Shown: piece after piece, positions 59,608 to 64,000 of the stretch
Position numbering within the stretch: position 1 is the stretch's first letter
Layout: each line of letters starts with the position of its first letter
NCBI GenBank assembly: GCA_963676795.2
Contig: CAXXTB010000002.1
Span: 1,088,001-1,152,000, forward strand
Length of the DNA: 64,000 bases
Direction of reading: 5' to 3'
From: Geopsychrobacteraceae bacterium
GTDB taxonomy: Bacteria; Desulfobacterota; Desulfuromonadia; Desulfuromonadales; Geopsychrobacteraceae
Program-made: the position numbers and the translations under genes
Notes under the pieces: generated by a model
The model's input: only the letters and a program-made list of their open reading frames with translations
Database searches by the model: none
What the model was told of the DNA's origin: nothing

Positions 59608-60537
59608 ATGTCGAGTAAATGGCAAATTCATAAACTGACGGTGGAACATGTCGGGGCGGATCGCCTCGATCTGTTTCTGGCGTCTTCTGATCACGGCATT
59701 TCACGTAGCAGGGCGAAAAAAATCATCGATATCGGTGGGGTTCACCTGAACGGCAGGCGGGTCAGGAGCTGCTCGCAGGCGGTATCTCCCGGTGATTCCA
59801 TCGAGGTGTTTATCGATCAGTATCCGCTTGATCCATTCCGACTCAGCGCCGATCATATCCTCTACCAGGATAAATTCCTGATTGTAGTCAACAAGCCGCC
59901 ATATATTGATACCCAGCCAACCCATGCCCGGTATAAAGGGACTCTCTACGAGGCGTTGCAGGTATATCTTCAGGATCCGTTCAGGCCGCGTTTGAAGCCG
60001 GAGATTGGCATGATTCAGCGTCTCGACCGCGGAACTTCGGGGATCATCGCATTTTCAACCCATCAGCGGGCGCACAAAGAGATGACGGCGCTGTTTGTCG
60101 AGCATCGTGTCGACAAGCGCTACCTGGCTCTGGTCAAAGGGCGTTTCTCCGAGCAACAGGGCGAGATACGCAGTCTTCTGGCGCGTTCACGGCAACAGAA
60201 CAGGGTTCAGTCTGTTGCCAGGGGCGGGAAGGAAGCGATCACCCGCTATCAGGTTGTTGAACAGTTCAGTGATGCAGCGCTGGTTGAGGTTGAGTTGTTG
60301 ACCGGTCGTTCTCACCAGATCCGCGCTCATATGTCAGAGCTGGGCCATCCTCTGCTCGGAGATGTCAAGTATGGCGGTCCTAAGTTGCTCGACTCTTTTG
60401 CGCTGAACAGGCCCATGCTTCACGCTTCCCGGCTTAGCTTCAAGCATCCGGTCACTGGTTCTGCCCTCGTCTTTGAGGTGGACCCTCCTGAGGATATGCA
60501 GGACCTTCTCACCTTTTTACGCGAGGAAAGACAATGA
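59608..60537 (+). CDS. RluA/RluD-family 23S rRNA pseudouridine synthase with an S4 domain
   Basis: RLDLFL S4 domain, VVNKP, QRLDRGTSG, LTGRSHQIRAH, GHPLLGD, LHA. Confidence 0.92.
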   Translation: MSSKWQIHKLTVEHVGADRLDLFLASSDHGISRSRAKKIIDIGGVHLNGRRVRSCSQAVSPGDSIEVFIDQYPLDPFRLSADHILYQDKFLIVVNKPPYIDTQPTHARYKGTLYEALQVYLQDPFRPRLKPEIGMIQRLDRGTSGIIAFSTHQRAHKEMTALFVEHRVDKRYLALVKGRFSEQQGEIRSLLARSRQQNRVQSVARGGKEAITRYQVVEQFSDAALVEVELLTGRSHQIRAHMSELGHPLLGDVKYGGPKLLDSFALNRPMLHASRLSFKHPVTGSALVFEVDPPEDMQDLLTFLREERQ

Positions 60538-61313
60538 CTTATCCGCACATCGATCCGGTCATCTTCTCTTTGGGGCCTTTGGCTATCCGCTGGTACGGCT
60601 TGATGTATCTGTTGGGATTTGTCGGCGGGCTGTTTATGGTTCGGCATGTTGCCCGGTTACGCAACCTTGCTCTTGATAAGCAGGGAATCTCCGATCTGTT
60701 GTTCTATGCTGTTGTCGGTGTCATTCTCGGCGGTCGCGTCGGCTACACCCTGTTTTACAATGCCCCATATTACCTGCGTCATCCACTGGAAATTCTCTAT
60801 GTTTGGGAAGGGGGAATGAGCTTTCATGGCGGGCTTATCGGTGTGGTCATCGCACTGATCGTATTTTGCCGCAGAAAGAATCTGCCCCTGCTGCTGATCG
60901 GTGATCTGGTCGTTGTCGCCGCCCCCATCGGTTTGGGGCTTGGACGCCTCGGGAACTTCATCAACGGCGAGCTGTGGGGGCGGGTGACGGATGTTCCCTG
61001 GGGGATGGTTTTTCCCACTGCGGGCCCTTTGCCTCGCCATCCCAGCCAGCTTTACGAAGCCCTCCTTGAGGGGCTGATTCTATTGATCGTCATGTATCTT
61101 CTTCACCGGGCCAAGCCACCTGTTGGGGTGCCTGTTTTCGTTTTTCTGCTTGGCTACGGCCTGTTCCGTTTCCTTGTTGAATTTTTCCGCCAACCGGACA
61201 GCCAGCTCGGATTTCTCTGGGGGGGGGCGACGATGGGGCAGCTCCTCTGCATACCGATGATCCTCATAGGTCTCGGCGGTCTCGTACTTCTATTGAACAA
61301 GGGCAAGAAATGA
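60534..61313 (+). CDS. lgt: Prolipoprotein diacylglyceryl transferase
   Basis: IRWYGLMY, GGMSFHGG, GRLGNFINGELWGR, RHPSQLYE, EFFRQPD. Confidence 0.98.
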   Translation: MTYPHIDPVIFSLGPLAIRWYGLMYLLGFVGGLFMVRHVARLRNLALDKQGISDLLFYAVVGVILGGRVGYTLFYNAPYYLRHPLEILYVWEGGMSFHGGLIGVVIALIVFCRRKNLPLLLIGDLVVVAAPIGLGLGRLGNFINGELWGRVTDVPWGMVFPTAGPLPRHPSQLYEALLEGLILLIVMYLLHRAKPPVGVPVFVFLLGYGLFRFLVEFFRQPDSQLGFLWGGATMGQLLCIPMILIGLGGLVLLLNKGKK

Positions 61314-61930
61314 AAACTCTGCAAGCAGTGATATTTGATTGTGATGGCGTCATGTTTGACAGCAAGGGAGCGAACCTCGCTTATTACAATCGGATTCTGA
61401 CCGAGTTCGGCTACGAACCGGTATCGATGGCTGAGGAGGAACGGGCCCACCTCTGTCATACCGGAAGCTCGGCTGACGTCATCAGGGCGCTGATTGCCGA
61501 AGATCAGTTTGAGCAGGCGATGAGCTTCGCGACATCGCTCCACTATGAACCCTTCATTCCTGAGATGCTCCCGTCAGAGGGGCTGCGTGAGGTTCTAGAG
61601 CGGCTGCACGGCAACTATCCCCTGGCAATTGCGACGAATCGGGGGCGCAGTATCGATCTGGTCCTGGAGCACTTCGGGCTGAGCGGCTATTTTGATGTGG
61701 TTGTCAGCTGCCAGGATGTCAAACGCCCGAAGCCCGCTCCGGATATGTTGCTTCTGGCTGTTGAAAAATTGCAGGTTGATGCAGGCAATTGCCTGTTTAT
61801 CGGAGATTCCGAACTGGATCAGCAGGCTGCCCAGGGTGCCCGGGTTCGTTTTGCCAGCTACGGTGGTACTGTCTGCGGTGAAGAATTCTCGTTACGCAAA
61901 CTGAATTGTCTGTTTGATTTTATCGCTTAG
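61310..61930 (+). CDS. HAD-family hydrolase (phosphoglycolate phosphatase-like)
   Basis: IFDCDGVMFDS, ATN, KPAPD, IGDSELD. Confidence 0.92.
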   Translation: MKTLQAVIFDCDGVMFDSKGANLAYYNRILTEFGYEPVSMAEEERAHLCHTGSSADVIRALIAEDQFEQAMSFATSLHYEPFIPEMLPSEGLREVLERLHGNYPLAIATNRGRSIDLVLEHFGLSGYFDVVVSCQDVKRPKPAPDMLLLAVEKLQVDAGNCLFIGDSELDQQAAQGARVRFASYGGTVCGEEFSLRKLNCLFDFIA

Positions 61931-62009
61931 CGGGCCGTTGAAAACTGTCTGTGGTTCAGTTGTGGCGTAAGCAAATACTTCTCAGGAAGAAGTCTTAGCA
62001 GCCCTGGAC

Positions 62010-62444
62010 TTATCTGAGTTTTTTACTCAGAATCATGACGTTGAGACTGTCTTCACGATGGTTGTACAGCTCATCCATCAGTTCGCGCATCAGATGGATG
62101 CCGCGCCCTCCTTCGTCACTGTGGCGGGAGGCCTTCTGACTCTGAGAATGCAGGTCGAATCCATGCCCCTGATCATAGATCTTGATGACAAGTTCCTGAT
62201 CAGAGGCTGTAATAAGAATACGTACGTTTTTTTCCGGATCGCGATTGTTGCCGTGGTCGATCGCGTTGGCGATCGCTTCGGTCAGCACCAGATTCAGATT
62301 GTAGGGAAAGTCCGCCCACTCTTTGCCTTTCGGCATCAGGGAGCTGGCGAGATCTTCACCCATCCGACCGACCATTCCCAGGTACCTGGTGTCACTGGGA
62401 ATGGTGATGTCGATTCTGATCTTTGGCGCGCTGCGAGCGTTCAT
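62010..62444 (-). CDS. RsbW-like anti-sigma factor / Ser kinase (HATPase_c)
   Basis: LVLTEAIANAIDHGN, DQGHGF, EGGRGIHLMRELMD. Confidence 0.9.
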   Translation of the reverse strand: MNARSAPKIRIDITIPSDTRYLGMVGRMGEDLASSLMPKGKEWADFPYNLNLVLTEAIANAIDHGNNRDPEKNVRILITASDQELVIKIYDQGHGFDLHSQSQKASRHSDEGGRGIHLMRELMDELYNHREDSLNVMILSKKLR

Positions 62445-62450
62445 ATGCTT

Positions 62451-62786
62451 TCAGAAACTTCCGAGCGCTTCTTCGGCGGTGGTAAAAATCTCAAAAACAC
62501 GATGCAGGCGGGTCAATTCGAACATCGACCGGACCTGAGGCTGAAGGCAGCAGAGTTTGAGATTTCCTTCACGGGCACTGGCATTTTTAAAGCCGGATAC
62601 GAGGGCTCCGAGGCCCGAGGAATCGATAAAGCGAACAGTGCCGAGATCGATCACCAGATTGGCTTTTCCTTCGTCGAAGATCTGCAGCATGCGCTCCTTG
62701 AGATCTCCGCTGTTATGTGCATCCATGCGTTCTTCATTGACGGTGATGACGACGATGTCGTCTTTTTCATTCATATCCAATTGCAT
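62451..62786 (-). CDS. RsbV/SpoIIAA-like anti-sigma antagonist (STAS)
   Basis: IDLGTVRFIDSSGLGAL with the phosphoacceptor Ser; FELTRL. Confidence 0.93.
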   Translation of the reverse strand: MQLDMNEKDDIVVITVNEERMDAHNSGDLKERMLQIFDEGKANLVIDLGTVRFIDSSGLGALVSGFKNASAREGNLKLCCLQPQVRSMFELTRLHRVFEIFTTAEEALGSF

Positions 62787-62864
62787 AAAATGGTCTCCTT
62801 GGGTTGCCGTTAGCGTTTTCTGCAGCGATTATAACCGACTTGTCCCGTTTAGGGTGAATATCTT

Positions 62865-64000
62865 TTACATTTTGATTTTCATGGTCAGTAGCGTCACGTC
62901 ATCTTTGAAATGACGGACACCGGTAAAAATTCGTACCTGATTCATGATGAAGTCGATCAGTTCTGCCGGTGGCAATGAGCTGCCTTCTTCAAGTAGCCTG
63001 GCCAGCCGCTCCATGCCGAACAGTTGATTGTTGCGGTCTTCGGCTTCTATTATGCCGTCGGTATAGAGCAGCAGGATGTCTCCCGCATGAAGTGTGGTGA
63101 CTTTTTCCTCATAGCTTATCTCTTTCATGATACCAAAAATCAGTCCCTCTGCGTCGAGGGCTTCACAGCGCCCCTCTGCCGTTCTCCAGATCAACGGGTT
63201 GTTGTGACCGGCATTGGAATAGGTCAGCCGATGGCTGGCGCAATCGTACTTGAGGTAGAACATGGTGACGAAGAGTTCGGCACGATCCAGATCGGTAAAG
63301 ATATAGCTGTTCAGTGCCTGCAGCATCGGGCCTGTTTCCTCGATATTGTCAAGCTGGGCGTGAATAAAGGTCCGGGTTTCGGTCATGAGCAGGGCGGAGC
63401 CGATGTTGTGCCCCGATACATCGGCTACGATCAGGTCGTAGGTGGCTTCACCACGCTGGATAAAATCATAATAATCCCCGCCGACCTGGTGGGTCGGCAC
63501 ACAGAGTCCCGCGACTTCTATTCCGGGAATCCGCGGGAGTTCCGATGGCAGCAGGGCGGACTGGATCTGCTTGGCGATTTCCAGATCCCGCTCCTGCTCG
63601 CGGACTTCCAGAAGTTCGACCAGTTGCAGATTGTTTCGCCAGGCAATGCTCAGCTGTGCCGCGATATTTTCAAACAGGGCGATGAATGCCGGGGTGAAAA
63701 CTCCCTTGATCGTCTTGGAAAAGGCGGAAAGGATGCCGACGGGCTCTCCTTCGAAGGTAATCGGGGTGTGGGCAAAACAGGTGATCCCCTCGGCCTTGAC
63801 CAGTTGTGCTGAGAGCGGTTTCTCCAGATAGTCGCTGTCATTGATGACAACGGTTTTGTTGGTGATAAACGACTGCCCGATGTAGGTCTCCAGGTTGATA
63901 TTGTGCTCGGTCTGGCCGAATCCGGGGGGTGCCTGGCCGGATAGACTGCTGAGTTGCAGGGTGCTGGTTTCTTTTTCAAGCATACGGATAACGACCAGGT
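62865..64000 (-). CDS. RsbU/SpoIIE-like PP2C phosphatase with a GAF domain; 5' end lies outside the window
   Basis: IAKQIQSALLP, VGGDYYD, ADVSGH, NAGH, YTDGIIEA, DDVTLL; the frame stays open to the window edge. Confidence 0.92.
   Translation of the reverse strand, partial: LVVIRMLEKETSTLQLSSLSGQAPPGFGQTEHNINLETYIGQSFITNKTVVINDSDYLEKPLSAQLVKAEGITCFAHTPITFEGEPVGILSAFSKTIKGVFTPAFIALFENIAAQLSIAWRNNLQLVELLEVREQERDLEIAKQIQSALLPSELPRIPGIEVAGLCVPTHQVGGDYYDFIQRGEATYDLIVADVSGHNIGSALLMTETRTFIHAQLDNIEETGPMLQALNSYIFTDLDRAELFVTMFYLKYDCASHRLTYSNAGHNNPLIWRTAEGRCEALDAEGLIFGIMKEISYEEKVTTLHAGDILLLYTDGIIEAEDRNNQLFGMERLARLLEEGSSLPPAELIDFIMNQVRIFTGVRHFKDDVTLLTMKIKM

Overview
This 64 kb window is core chromosome from an anaerobic deltaproteobacterium. 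The protein sequences and gene order suggest Desulfuromonadales (Geobacter/Desulfuromonas-like); this is an inference. It is mostly housekeeping operons: csp, MoxR-DUF58-transglutaminase, eno, ilvD, ahcY, lptFG, rpsB-tsf-pyrH-frr-fdx-uppS-cdsA-dxr-rseP-tsaB, ilvBN-psd-pssA, T-box-leuACD, leuB-ecfT-truA-rplM-rpsI-argC, queA-tgt-yajC-secDF-recJ-murB, pheA-tyrA-aroA-cmk-rpsA-sppA-ihfB, rluA-lgt-HAD and an RsbU/V/W partner-switching module. I saw no tRNA, rRNA, CRISPR array, transposase or prophage gene. The unexplained items are: (1) a ~200-nt rod-shaped minus-strand ncRNA with its own promoter and terminator after ihfB; (2) an orphan Cas6-like RAMP gene head-to-head with a second TGT paralogue and followed by a membrane-anchored winged-helix gene; (3) a pseudokinase-TM-TPR-NTF2 protein coupled to a Csd6-like L,D-transpeptidase; (4) an apparent AUU start codon for cdsA; (5) a Leu T-box; (6) an orphan EcfT lacking both coupling arginines; (7) MITE-like and perfect palindromes. 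All calls come from reading the sequence; no searches were run.
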